This document shows positions 1-13,200 of a DNA stretch of 64,000 bases, in pieces. How positions within the stretch are numbered: the first letter of the stretch is position 1; every line of letters begins with the position of its first letter. Below the pieces are notes generated by a model. The model was given only the letters and a program-made list of their open reading frames with translations. It was not told where the DNA came from and did no database searches. Source of the stretch: Ptychomitrium polyphyllum (lineage: Eukaryota); the NCBI GenBank assembly GCA_973851085.1, contig OZ316775.1, forward strand, positions 22,692,001-22,756,000. The letters are read 5' to 3'. A program made the position numbers and the translations under genes.

Positions 1-316
1 AGGGACTTGTGACAGTTTTAGAGGTTATATTTGAATTCTGAATGTGAACTTTTAATGGAATCTGTTCACAAAACCCGTAATATTCTCTTTAACAAGTGCA
101 TACATCGACGTAGAATCGGAGATGTGCTCATCAAACTTGTGGGTTTAGGAGAGCAAGGATTCGGTTTGAGACTCTAAATTATATTCTGTTATTTGTTCAA
201 ATTGTTAGCTCAGGTTTGAACTGTTTGTCTTTAAAAGTTGCTTTGAGATTCGATGGAATAACTTTCAGATTCAATTTCTAGGGTTGTTTGGTTCAAGCAA
301 ATAATGTGGAAGGGGC

Positions 317-2161
317 ATGGAATCTGCAGGTGATCAACTGGCAGAAACTTGGAGGAGAAACTGGCGAAGGATAGGGACTTCGATGGAGCTGACGAGGAGC
401 TGGGGCCGGGGTTCCAGTATTCGCAGATGCAAGCCTCGCCAACGAGGGCAGCTTCTCCTCCGCGAATGCTCTTGGAGGAGGACCCTATTTTCAAAGAGCC
501 TCCTGTGGCAACTGTTGTTAGCGTTTCCAGGTCAGAAGGGACGGCTTTCCAGCTGATATACACGATAGATTTTGAGTATCGACAGTTCAAGTGGCGTCTT
601 GTCAAGAAAGCGACTCAGGTTTTCTCCCTTCATAGTGCAATCAAATTCCGGGCGCTAGTTGAGGATCTCCATGAGAAACAAGAGCAGGCTAGAGAGTGGT
701 TTCAAAATTTAGGTATAGGTGACCACACGGGCATCAACTTGCACGTACAGGAAGAAGAGGAGCAAGATGAGAACCCTTCCGCAACCAGAAAAGACATCCC
801 TTCCAGCGCTGCTTTGCCAGTCATGCGGCCGGCTTTGGGACGTTTACCCACGATCACCTACAGGGCTCAGAATGCCATGCAGGATTATCTAAGACATTTT
901 TTGGACGATTTAGATATTGTCAATTCCCGGGAAGTCTGTCGCTTTCTAGAGGTTTCGAAGCTGTCGTTTGCACCTGAGTATGGTCCAAAGCTTCACGAAG
1001 GTTATGTCATGGTTCAGCATCTGCCAAACTTTTCCAAGGAGTCCACTGGGTGCTTGGCTTGTTTTAAGTCATGCTGCTGTTGCAATCCCAACTGGCAACG
1101 GGTTTGGGCGGTTCTCAAACCCGGATTTCTTGCTATCCTTGGAGATCCTTTCGATGCCAAGCCCCTGGATATCATCGTGTTTGATGTACTGCCCCCCGTG
1201 GATCGAGGAGCTACGGAGGGGTTGATAGCCCTAGCGAGGTTAAACAAGGAACGGAACCCTTTGCGGTTTAGCTTTATGGTTACATGTGGCACCAGAGCTG
1301 TCAGAATTCGAACCCAACGGGCGGGACGCGCGAAGGACTGGGTTGCAAACATCAACGATGCGGGTTTAAGACCTCCAGAGGGATGGTGCCATCCTCATCG
1401 ATTCGGCTCCTTCGCACCACCTCGTGGTTTTTCTGATGGTAGCGAGGCTCAGTGGTTTGTAGACGGAAAAGCTGCTTTTGAAGCAATTGCTACGGCAATT
1501 GAGAACGCTAGGTCAGAGATATTTATTGCAGGGTGGTGGCTTTGTCCGGATCTTTACCTCAGACGACCGTTTAGCAGAAATGAAGCTTCCCGGCTGGATC
1601 ACCTTCTCGAATCTAAAGCGAAAATGGGAGTTCAAGTATACATTTTGTTGTACAAAGAAGTTGCACTGGCTTTGAAGATTAACAGCAATTACACAAAGCA
1701 AAGGTTGCTTGGGTTGCATGAGAACATTAAGGTTCTTCGGTTTCCTGATCATTTTTCGTCGGGGGTGTATCTATGGTCGCACCACGAGAAATTCGTCATC
1801 GTGGATCACCATGTTTGTTTTCTTGGAGGGCTTGATTTGTGTTTCGGTCGTTATGATTCCCCTGACCACCGAGTTTCTGACTATCCCAGCGCAATTTGGC
1901 CTGGAAAAGATTATTATAATCCAAGGGAATCGGAGCCTAATTCATGGGAGGACACTATGAAGGATGAATTGGACCGGCAGAAGGTTCCACGCATGCCCTG
2001 GCATGACGTTCACTGTGCACTTTGGGGGCCTCCTTGTCGTGATGTTGCTCGGCATTTTGTTCAGAGGTGGAATTATGCAAAGCGCAGTAAAGCTCCAAAC
2101 GAGAATACTATCCCGTTGCTTCTGCCTCAGCATCACATGGTTATTCCTCACTATCTGACAG
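317..2161 (+). CDS. PLDzeta: Phospholipase D zeta (PX/PH-domain PLD), coding exon 1; probable start ATG 317 is out of frame with the main ORF (first in-frame ATG is 427)
   Basis: The ORF at 349 encodes PX (YTIDFEYRQFKWRLVKKATQVF) and PH (WQRVWAVLKPGFL) regions, HPHRFGSFAPPRG, the first HKD motif SHHEKFVIVD, and PRMPWHD. Similarity ends at IPHYLT where a G|GTATTC donor occurs (2161/2162). Confidence 0.9.
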
Positions 2162-2478
2162 GTATTCGCTGCTCTCCAGTTTGCTTCACTTATTGCCACT
2201 TTTATAATCTCGCAGTAGATGGAGTGTGCAAAGGTACTGTTTGCTTTAGTTCTTCTGGAAGATATTTTAAGTTGTTCTTTGTTTTTCGAGGATGAACCTT
2301 AGACCGAACACTCCACTTAAAATGGTCCCTCTCTCAACCCACCGATACTCTCCAAGCAACAGAATGGACAGATTTTAGTGTATGATCTACTTTTTCTCAC
2401 CAAATTTTGGGCTTTTATCTAGAGTGCCGATCAGTGATGGGGCCGGATAGTATCGTACTAACTTAACTTTGGGAACAG
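2162..2478 (+). other. GT-AG intron of PLD zeta (317 nt, phase 1)
   Basis: GTATTC donor at 2162, ACTAAC branch-like motif at ~2457, AACAG acceptor ending 2478. Splicing joins G+GT (Gly) and puts the two ORFs in frame. Confidence 0.88.
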
Positions 2479-4127
2479 GTAATGAGGCACTTGAAGCGCA
2501 GGCAGAGGTTGAAAACGAACTTCATAGGCAATCATCTGCACAGGAGCAGTTGACTTCAGCACGGTCATCCTACTCCGATATCCCCTTGTTGCTTCCGAAA
2601 GAGAACGAACAAGACGAAGTCGCTCAAGGTGCAAGTAATGCCAGCAATGAAAACGTCCAGGTTTCTCGCCATCCTAGCATCTCCAGCAGTGAGATTGTGC
2701 AAGTTGCGCGTCATGCCAGTACCGAGCTCGTTCAGGGGATACAACGAGCTTTCATTGGTCTCTCACCATTGCGAAATCCCATGCCCCCGAACTCCACCTC
2801 TAATGATGAAGAGAGGGCTTTGTTGTCAGATGTTCCTATGCAAGCTTTTGTTGGAGACTCAGTGGTGGATGCAGACGAGTCACGGCGGAAGAGTACTACA
2901 GGCTCTGGTCGGCCTAAGAGACAATCGCGCGCGCGGAAGGCTGGTTCTAGATCTGAGTGGTGGGACGTGGATGAACATGAGTTGGGTGTATTTGACGCAG
3001 TAGGGGAAGTAGGGCCACAAACTTCTTGTCGATGCCAAGTCATACGCAGCGTAGGCCAGTGGTCAGCCGGGACAAGCCAAGCGGAAGAACGCAGCATTCA
3101 CGAGGCTTACTGCTCACTCATTGAAAAAGCAGAGTATTTTGTGTACATTGAGAATCAATTTTTCATTTCTGGCTTGGAGGGCGACGACACAATCCACAAC
3201 AGGGTTCTTCAAGCTTTGTACAGTCGGATCATGAGGGCATTCAAGGAGCATAGGTGCTTTCGGGTGATAGTAGTTCTTCCTTTACTGCCTGGGTTTCAAG
3301 GCGGGGTAGACGATGGTGGCGCTGCGTCAGTACGAGCCATAATGCATTGGCAGTACCGAACTATATGTCGGGGTAAAAACTCATTGCTTGAGCGTCTTTC
3401 CAATGAGCTCGGTACACAAGCTGATGATTACATCACCTTCTACGGACTGCGCTCTCATGGAAAGCTTCACGAATCTGGACCATTAGCAACAAGCCAGATT
3501 TACGTTCACAGCAAGATCATGATAGTTGACGATTGGTCCGTGCTCATTGGATCTGCTAACATCAACGATAGGAGCCTGCTGGGTTCCCGGGACTCGGAAC
3601 TGGCGGTTGTGCTGGAGGACAATCAGTTCATCAGGTCGAGTATGAACGGGAAGGTATGGAATGCAGGGCGGTTTGCGCACTCATTACGAGTTTCTCTGTG
3701 GGCAGAGCATCTTGGTTTGCGTGCCTCCGAGGTGAATGCAATTCGGGACCCTGTTTGTGACTCGACCTACAAGGACCTGTGGATGTCAAGAGCCAGAACC
3801 AACACAACGATATACAAGGACGTCTTTGGGTCCATCCCTGATGATTCTATCCGGTCTCGTGTTGTTCTTCGACAAGCAGTTTTGTTGCGCAAGGACAGAT
3901 TCAGCCACAACACCATTGATCTTGGCATTGCTCCTGCCGGTTCCAAGCCTGCGAACGTGGCTGCACCCACTACTGAAGAGGATCGTCTAGTTTCTGACCC
4001 TGATCATTGTATAGATGCAATTAGTGGCCATTTAGTATTTTTCCCCCTTAGATTCATGGCGGAGGAGGATCTGAGGCCTGTATTCAAGGAAAGTGAATAC
4101 TACGCCTCTTCCCAGATATTCCACTGA
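2479..4127 (+). CDS. PLDzeta: Phospholipase D zeta, coding exon 2
   Basis: CQVIRSVGQWSAG, YIENQFFIS, second HKD motif YVHSKIMIVD, GSANINDRSLLGSRDSE and C-terminal SEYYASSQIFH typical of plant PLD zeta; TGA stop ends at 4127. Confidence 0.93.
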
Positions 4128-6699
4128 CTGTTTATCTTTGAGGATTTACTGGTGAGAGGGCTCTAGTTGAAGACCTTACAGCTTTTGCTAGAGTATTCTG
4201 CTTTGGGCTCTACAGATATTACTTTGTGGGACATTTGTAAACAGCCCTCCCTAAGTTGTCATACATAATTGGAATAAGAAAGTAAAATGTGATGAGACTG
4301 TATTTTCGTGTTAAAGTTTTGTAGTGATTGTATGGACTGGCCCGGACTCCCGTCATCTCATTTGGACATCCCAGGTCAGTGTTGTAGGGCTTTGCTCTCC
4401 TTTTGCTGGAAGAAATTTCGAGTTGGCTATTACTTTTTCCTCTCTTTGAAAATGTTTCGGTTGTAGAGTTCATTTTGCAGGTTTCGGTAGAAGGTTTTAT
4501 TTCATTCTTGGTTGCCCGTTTATCTTACTCAAGCGAGAGATGCCACGATCTTATAATTTGAGGAACCTTTTGCTACCCAAGGGGTAATGTTAGCTAGATG
4601 ACCTCACCACTTCTAATGATGAGCAAAACCATCTAGCGAAAAAATATTATGCAAGCAAAATATTAGCTAAGAAACATTATGCAAACATTTGGCACATAAA
4701 CATTATATTGATTGTTAAACTCTCAATTTTAATCTTGCATGTATTGTATTAGATTTAATCAAAGAAAGGGGTTGGGAATCATTTCTACATATTATGCAAT
4801 TGTATGTTGTTAAAGATGAGGTTCTTCTTTTTAGTAGATTGTCTCTAATGACTGCTCAATGTTGAATTATGAATTCTTAGGTTAATTTTTCTCACAAATA
4901 AAAAGCCCTTTTTAAACTTTACATCATTGGCATTCTTCTATAAGCTTGTACAATAAGAAAATGAACAAAGCTATGTAGAATTATGATCTTTGCCAAGCAT
5001 TTTATTCTAGAGAAAGTGTCACTTCTACAACTTAAAAGTATTTTATACATCCTTTAGAACCTTTTGAATGTGTTTATTATTCTACACATTTGTAAAGAAA
5101 AATTATGACACTAACCTATCAATACAAAAGAACATATAAGTATCTAGCTCAAATAGATAAATAAACTTTGCATATAGAATATAATAAAAATATTACTAAA
5201 TATTTACTTCTTTTCTAGAATTGAACAATCAATGCACACTTAAATTTCATATTAACTCAAGTATCTATAATAACCAAGACCAAATTGTCCAAACTTAAAT
5301 GCCTAAATATCCTTCTTTCTATTTTTTAAAATTTGATCTTCTTGTCTTCTAGCTAATAGAAAACCATTAAAGAAAATGAAAGAAAAGTTCCCTTAGCAAC
5401 TTATTCTAACTTTGTGTTGATTTACATAAATTCTTTCTAACTCTATAGTTCTTACTTAATGACCACATTTTGATCCAACAATTACATAATTTATGAATTT
5501 AAAATAAGATTAAACTAAATTTGAATTACATATATTTTTAAATATAATATTAAGTACATAAAATATTTGTTTATACATAATAAATAGTCCATTTCACAAC
5601 AATGACAATCTTGAGGCATAAACAAAATTACTTGCGCTTATTTATTCTATGCTTAATAATTGTGCTTTTAAAAAATATAAATTAATTTTATAGCAAGAAG
5701 ATTTTGTTGGTAAAAATTATAATTATAGTAAAAATAAGAATATAGAAAAGTGGTCTATTAGTGCACCTTTTATTTGATCTTATAGAAAACATATCATTTT
5801 AAAAATCTAAGATTTTATATAAAAAGAAACAAACCAATTGTGCAAGCATTTCAATTAATTTTTTTGGAATATTTCAAATGAATTTTAAATTGTGACCTTT
5901 TTGAAAATGATATGGCAAATTCAAACTAGACTTCAAATGTTCCAAGGAATCTAATTTTACATCCCTTAAGAACCTATTACATAAAAATGACTTGTTTACA
6001 TGTCTTTCCATTATATTATAATCCATAACACTTTGTTACCTAATAGACTTAGATTTGTCTACCATATGTTTCATTTTGTGAAAATACCACAATAAAAATA
6101 CTTTTTTTACCAACTTCATTAAATTTCAACAAGACATACCATAAAGCGGCTTTAAATTGGAAGAAAGATGCTTGAAGTTAAAAAGATCTTTTGAACATTT
6201 TTACTATTTTACCACAAAGTTTGTGCTCTAGTAAAATAGTATATTACTATTTGAATGGCATTTGCAAATACAAGGACAAAGTATACCAAATTTATAAGAG
6301 CAATTAAATTCTTTGACATTATAAGATAACATGATAGAGTTGTTTATGCAAGTGAGCTTAGGGCGTTCTATTTGCATGTGAGCTGTAATTGAGCTCGTGC
6401 AAAGAAAGAACTCGTAAGAGACCCTGCAAGGATCTTCAAGGATCTTCAAGAGCTTGTTTTGACATCACGTTATGACGAAGCCACCTTGACGTGTGTCGGA
6501 CATGGGGTGCATCTCTCTCTTTGCCGTTACACGTCCAACGACTTAATTGTACTAACAATTACAAGACGATGGAAATCCTCACCACAGCACAGCTCGGCGA
6601 CCATCACTTGCTCTGCTCTGGAAATGCACTGCGCAGGGCGGAGCAAACAATTTTGCCAGGCCCCGCTTTCTTTCGGTGTACCGTGGAGATGCCAGGGTG

Positions 6700-7753
6700 G
6701 GGCCCGCCGAACTTGGACGAGCCAGTATCGTGAGGTGCCGGTAGGGACGAGAGAGACGGACGAGAGATGCAGGAACGCCACAACGCAGAGGGCGATGCCG
6801 GAGAGTGCGTTTGTGTCGCATGGTGGAACGTTTTCGTGAACACTTTGAGGCCGTGTTTGCCCCCAGGTGGCGTGGGCTTTGCCATCTCGCGCGTCCCGTC
6901 TGCCGCTTCTCAGTCAGGTTAGTGTGGTGGTTGTACCATTCATTCCCTTCTTTGCTTTCGTTCCGCCGCAGACGGTTCGTGATTGTGTTTCCGATGTGAT
7001 CGGACAGGTTTCAATTGGTACGTTTCGCTCAGCTGTTGGAAACCGACTGTGGGTTCATTGCGATTAGTGGTGTTCGGGGCTTTAGAATGGACACTTGATC
7101 TTTTTGAGATTGAAAACCTAGTTTGCTTTGTTTGCTGCCTCTGAGTTTCTAGTGGGGTATGTTTGGGAGTTTTCAATGGACACTGTCGGAGGTTGATTCT
7201 TTTGTGTCGCGTGGTGTCTCTTGCGCTTTTGAGGTTCTCGTTTAGGTCAGATTGTAAAATTCTGATAATCATGAGGTTTTCTGTGAATTTGCATCTTCTT
7301 TAGGTCTCTCTAGCTGGGAGTTGAATGTTGGGGCAGTTGATAAGCTGCATTTTTTTCGTCTCTTCTGGCGACTTAGCTTTTTCTTTGTGGCACCTCCTCC
7401 TTCAAGTCTGTTAGGAGCTGCACTTTTTTGAGAATTGATTTGCTAGGACACTTAGTTTATCATTCAAGTACTGAAATTAATTGAGGATGTGAATTTTTGA
7501 TAAAATTTTGACCCACTGAGGCAGTTTGAGGAACTGGTCGCAGGATTTCTGCTCTTTGAGCTCATGAAATGGGCTCCAAATGTGTACCTCGTTGGAAACT
7601 AATTTTTTTTCTGTGGAATTGTGCTGATTATTGCAGATTGAAATCAGGTTTTACGGAAGCTGAAGAAACCCTGAAGTAGGCATTTTGGTGCAGTCACCTT
7701 ACCGTGAAATCAAAGCTGCAATCCGTCCAGGCTGTCCAGCGGTTTGTTGAGCT
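6700..7753 (+). promoter_or_regulatory. Probable 5' leader of the 7754 gene, containing a 5'-UTR intron (acceptor TTATTGCAG ending 7636)
   Basis: GC-rich block at 6.5-7.0 kb followed by T-rich intron-like sequence, a CTGAT branch-like motif and a TTGCAG acceptor. The donor is not fixed (candidates near 6917, 7008 and 7018). Confidence 0.45.
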
Positions 7754-8497
7754 ATGGAAACAGCGAGTGTTTTGTCAAGGTGCTCCTCCTCGTCTTCAAT
7801 TACCCACAGGAGTTCTTCTGGTTCACATGGCTGCAACCTACAGTTGTCAAATGGACCCCGTTGTTACTGTTCTTCCAGTACTTTGAAACTGAATCCAATC
7901 GCATTTAGTAGACTGGCAGGAGGTTTAAACCACGTCCTATCAATCGGCAACAGAAGTATACGGGAGCAACTTAGGGTGAAAAGAGGGATATCAGGGAAGC
8001 GATATACAGTAATGCGCTGGGGAGGAGGGCAGGACAACGAATCAGGTGAGGAGCGACCCGAAACCCTCTTCATGCGAGAGCTTGCGAAGCGCAAGAAATT
8101 GGGTCAAGATGTTGGCACCAAGGAAACAGATACCAAAACCAAAGAAGAGGAGACTGAGAAGAGCTACAGGAAGCCTAAGTTAACGGATGATACAGCTGAT
8201 CAAAGGAAGCGCTCGATGGCGCTTAACAGTGAAGGTCTGGAAGGATTAGTGCCGAGAGGGCAGGAGCTTGTCAAGCTAGGCGGTTCCTTTTGGTTGTCCT
8301 TGTGGCCGCTCATTGCAGCTAGTCTATTGGCATTTGCGGCTGCTTATCTATACTTCGGTCCTGCATTTGTGCACACTGGAAATCGATCCAGTCTACCCCC
8401 TTATGTTGATCCCTACCAGCTTTTGGAGTCAGAACAGCTGCCTTATCAGGTTGGCCCAAATCGAGTGCCATACAATACCTATCGATCGCCAGAATAG
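7754..8497 (+). CDS. Uncharacterised plant protein, probably plastid-targeted with one transmembrane helix; intronless CDS
   Basis: 247-aa ATG ORF with a Ser/Arg-rich, acid-poor N-terminus (transit-peptide-like), a DQRKRSMALNSEGLEGLVPR block recalled from conserved plant proteins, a hydrophobic segment FWLSLWPLIAASLLAFAAAYLYFG, and PPYVDPYQLL. Confidence 0.8.
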   Translation: METASVLSRCSSSSSITHRSSSGSHGCNLQLSNGPRCYCSSSTLKLNPIAFSRLAGGLNHVLSIGNRSIREQLRVKRGISGKRYTVMRWGGGQDNESGEERPETLFMRELAKRKKLGQDVGTKETDTKTKEEETEKSYRKPKLTDDTADQRKRSMALNSEGLEGLVPRGQELVKLGGSFWLSLWPLIAASLLAFAAAYLYFGPAFVHTGNRSSLPPYVDPYQLLESEQLPYQVGPNRVPYNTYRSPE

Positions 8498-9419
8498 TTA
8501 CGACGATCTGATATCTAGACTTGTATATCTTGGCAACATTGTAGTATTCTTTGTGTGGTTCATTACGGAGAAGAACAATCATTGATTGTTGGATACTATC
8601 AGAAGATGCTTTTGGGCCATTGGACTTCATCGACATAGTCACTGAAGGCTTGAGCTTAGTATTGGTTCATTGTGTGCCCAGTATTTGTAGGCACAGTTAA
8701 TGTACATTTTTTGATCCGCTCTCCGGATCTGATCTGCAATTACAGCTTGACATCTCTGTGTTCATTACTGGAAGTTTCATTTAAACATTTATGGGGTGTT
8801 CACGTACTCAAATGTGCAGTCTAGCTTGATTTTGTATGTTGTTTTGCTTATGTTTTCAATTTGTGCAAATCACATTTGTGAGTGTAATCAGGGGCATGTG
8901 ATGGGTTTATAGTTCTACAAGTTTGTGCACAAGGATATTCAGGTGCTGTGACTAGGTGCAGCATGGTCTGCAGCGGCTGCACAGCTCAATACTGTGCAGT
9001 TGCAGTGATATTCTGTTGCAAAAGTATCTTAAAGGAATAGTGAAGGCTCAATATTAGAATCTTTTGGATCTTGCTCAATCTTGTCTCAGTATTGTACATT
9101 TCCATCACCAACTACAACCTTAGTGATTGGATCTTGTTCAGTCCTCTTGGATGATGAACCATCAGGGGTTTCAAAATAAGGGCATGCCAATAACTTCAAA
9201 AGCAGGCCCTTGTAATTGGAAATGGAATTGCCCTTCCACATGCATGAATGGCCCTACATCTACATGTATGGGCTCCATTGAGTTTGTGTATCCATTTCTG
9301 AATGATGGTGGCTTTAGAACAAGTGAAAGTACTTTAGGAGTTGATTACAGTCTCAGTCAATCCTCTGTGGCCAGACTTCCTCCAAGTTGCCCACGAAACT
9401 TGGCATTTTTTATCTACAA

Positions 9420-9586
9420 GTGTTGACAAAAAGACTCTGTGAAAGGCCTATATTCACACAAGTGGTGACAAAAAGACTCTGTGAAAGGCCTATATTCACA
9501 CAAGTGGTGACAAAAAGACTCTGTGAAAGGCCTATATTCACACAAGTGGTGACAAAAAGACTCTGTGAAAGGCCTATATTCACACA
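9420..9586. repeat. Minisatellite: 4 copies of a 42-bp unit (GTGGTGACAAAAAGACTCTGTGAAAGGCCTATATTCACACAA)
   Basis: Directly visible with near-identical copies; it produces the repeating VVTKRLCERPIFTQ peptide in the ORF track. Confidence 0.95.
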
Positions 9587-10294
9587 GATCTCCTAGATAT
9601 TGAAATAGTTATGATTGTGACAAGGATTGTATTGACAAGGATTGTATCGATGATGATACAATTTAAGTGGTTGTCTTTTCAATGTCAGTTGTTAGAGGTT
9701 GCAAGATTCTAGAGGCTCCAAAGCTCTTATAAGTTCACTGAAATTTGGAAGTAAGTTCAATAAAAATCCAAAAATAAGAAGTCAAAACCTTTAGAACATC
9801 CTTGTAACTATCAAACTTAATTCCTAAACCCTCAACCCTCAGCTTTCAACCACCTACGTTTAATTTTTAACCTTAAGTTTTAAATCCTAAATCCCGAAAA
9901 TAAGAAATTCTAAATTTTGACCTCTAAATTTGAACACTTTAAATCTTAGATACTTTTGTAAATGTGTGTTAAATATAATTTTCCAAAAATTCACTAAAAA
10001 ATGTAAACAAAAGATTTAGTAAAATAACCAAGAGATGTGTGTAAATTCAAAATGCAATTCTATGCATGGCTATTTCCATAATGGTGGAATAAACCATAAA
10101 ATTTATTTTAAGTATATATTATATGTACAAGTTGTTTAATTTATTTTATAAAAAAATCAACTAAAATCAAATATAATTGTAACCAACCAAAGATTCCATT
10201 TGATACTTATAAACTAATGTGTAAGGCCCATTCTTATTAAATAAGCTTTTATACACCAAATTATGATATGATTTCTTAAAATATTCATACAAGA

Positions 10295-13200
10295 TATTAT
10301 AAATATAGATTTGGAAACATACTCTTTAAAACCTTTTAAAACCTTCTAGTATATTTTATTAGTTTCTTACAATACTTTCAATGCTTCTATAGCCACTCAA
10401 ATCCTTTAAAAAATTCTTAAGAAGGTTCCTTATACTTCTAAAAAATTCTTAAATTTAATAAAAAGCTTCTTTAGAAGTATCTTAGAAAATACAAACATCA
10501 TAGTATAAATAGGAGGTAAGTCACAATATACCATAGTCTTGCCAACACAAGTTGTAGATTATATTGTATCACATCCTTGTTCTAGTGTTTGTATCAAGTT
10601 CTTGTTAATCATTAGCTCTTTGGAAGATAATTCTTGGAAACCAATTTGTATCAGCTTTTTGTTCATTGTGTCCCTAACAATTTGGCGACACTATTCTTCA
10701 TCTTTGTTAGTGCTAAGGTTTATTTGAAAAAAATAATGGATTTTTTATCTTTTTTAGAATTCTAAAGTATTATAGAAATTGTAGATTACCTTCTTTTAAG
10801 CTGATACCACAAGTTTATTTCTTTTGTTTTTAAAAACATGTGTTATTTCTTTTGAAGAAGGATTAATCTTTCAAAAGACGTAAATTACCCTCTTTTTGAA
10901 ATATTGATAGTTTTATTGTCGCTGATAGTTATAAGTATATAGATTTTTTCTTGAGAATATGAAAGATCCTTGGAGGTTGCAAATATTCCTTCTTCCAAGC
11001 TTATTCTTTGTTTGTTTTTTTTTCTTCACTTCAAAATTTTATTAATCTAAGTATAAATACCTGATTAAAAACATCAAAGAATAAATATGCAACTATTGCA
11101 AATCTTCAAGAGCTATAAAAATACAATTTAAACAAAGTTGTTAAATACAAATTGAACAAAGCTATTAAATACAATTTGAACAAAGCTATTTAACTTTAGT
11201 ACCACCAAAATTTGAAAGCAGAGCTTCTATCAAAAAATTAATTCAATTGTAAGAACCTAATATTGGAAGAGAAGTCTTATGTCAAAACCATGTAGAGCCA
11301 AAGCAAATTAATTCAATTGTAAGAACCTAATATTTGGAAGAGAAGTCTTACGTCAAAACCATGTAGAGCCAAAGCTTAGTATACTAGACAAGTTTGATGG
11401 ATTAAGATCAAAGTTGAGAGGCTTCAATCAATAAATAAGATTCTTTCAAATTGTATCAATCTTGCTATCCTGACAACACTACTTAAAATGAATTTGTACC
11501 CATTTTTCTATCAAACAATGCACAATTATGGTTTGCACCATTAATGGAGAAGCAGTCACCATTGTTGAACAACTTAGACTCTTTTATAGAAGCATTAACA
11601 TCTATTTTTGGAGACATTGACCAAGAGAAAGTAGTTAACACTAGAACTTGGAGTCCTTAACAAGGACTATGCTTGCCTACTATATATATTTCAAAGTTTT
11701 GCTAACTAATTTGCAGCCTTGATTGGAATGACAAGGCCTTTGTCATACAATTCTAATAGGCTTGAGAGAGAATGTGAAAGTATTGCTATTCAAAATGCCA
11801 AGGATTGACATGTTGGACATATTAATTATTCAAACTATAACATGTGATAATAGATTATTTGACAATTGCCAAGAACAAGGCTTAGGATGGGACTAGTACA
11901 TCAAGGTATGGCAATCATTTCTTCAAAATGATTAGTAAGTTGACCACTAGGATTGAAACCTATGCAAATTAATATTGTCCAATATAGGCATTTGTTCCTA
12001 GAAAAGAAGGAAAGATGTCAAAGTGGAAACCCTATGTTTGTATTGCAGTAAGTCTAAATATAAAATGCTCAATTACCAAATCAAGACATTGATATAATGG
12101 CATGCTTCATGATTAAAGATTTTGCAACTAAACACCATATGGTGTTGATGAATAAAATACATCTCACACTTGTTAAAATTATTGATGGACAATCTCTTGT
12201 GTCTTGTAATATTATCAAAGAATCTCAACCTTTGGAAGTTACTTTAAGAGACCAAGCATCTAAGATTGTCTTCAATATTATTCAATGTTGAATAAATCCT
12301 ATTTTCTTGGGCTTTCTTTGGTTTTAGTTACATAATCCAAACATTAATTGGCACTTACAAAGTTGTGGCCACAAAGAAAAGATATAAAGGTCTAAGGAAT
12401 TTTCAACCATCATTTATTGGAATTAAGGTGCTCCTAAAAGCGGCCAAGGATTAACCAATCTATGCCATTTATACCATGCCAATGATTGATTCTATATAAG
12501 AGATTAATCAAGGCATATTCCATCAATACCAAGATTATAAGGATGTTTTTGAAAAAGGAGTGCATATATTTTATTCAAGTATTAGCCTTATAATTGCGCC
12601 ATCAAGTTATAAGAAGGAACCCAACCACTTTTTGGACTTATCTATAATTTATCACAAATTAAATTGATTGCCTTAAAAAAATATATCGATGAAAATCTCA
12701 GAAAGGGCTTCATTTAACATTCCAAATCACCTACTGGAGCATCCATCTTATTTATAAAGAAGAAAGATGGATCACTATATATGTGCATCAACAATCAAAG
12801 CCTTAATAAGGCGCACCAAAAGAATTGGTATCCATTACTATTAATCTCAAGAATTCTATAACAACGTGGCCAAATAAATATATTTACGAAGATCATTTTT
12901 ATAAGAGCCTAAAACCACTTACGTATCAAAGTAAGAAATGAATGGAAGACGGTCTTTTGATATTATTATAGCCATTTTGAATACAACGTTATGCCTTTTG
13001 GCCTTATTAATGCCCTTGCAGTCTTCTAGCACATAATGAATGATATTTTCTATGAGCATTTGGACAACTTTGCAATCATCTATTTGGATGACATTTTGAT
13101 ATATTCAAGGGATGAACAAGATTATAAATATCATGTGTAATTGATTATAGAAAAACTATGCCAGCAAAGATTATATGCCAAATTGGAAAAGTGTCTTTTT

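Noticed and set aside
349..4127. Two separate PLD genes (648 aa and 552 aa ORFs)
   Set aside because: Each ORF has one HKD motif and a canonical intron (2162-2478) joins them in frame; the ORF tail 2162-2295 is intron read-through.
4560..6420. AT-rich intergenic block as a decayed transposon
   Set aside because: Plausible, but no TIR, LTR, TSD or domain was identified.
6459..7272. Cluster of short overlapping ORFs as small genes
   Set aside because: Most have non-ATG starts in a GC-rich promoter/5' UTR region and show no recognisable homology.
9387..9596. Repeat array as a CRISPR array or a repeat-protein gene
   Set aside because: The units are contiguous with no unique spacers, the context is eukaryotic, and the ORF is a by-product of a 42-bp unit and lacks an ATG.
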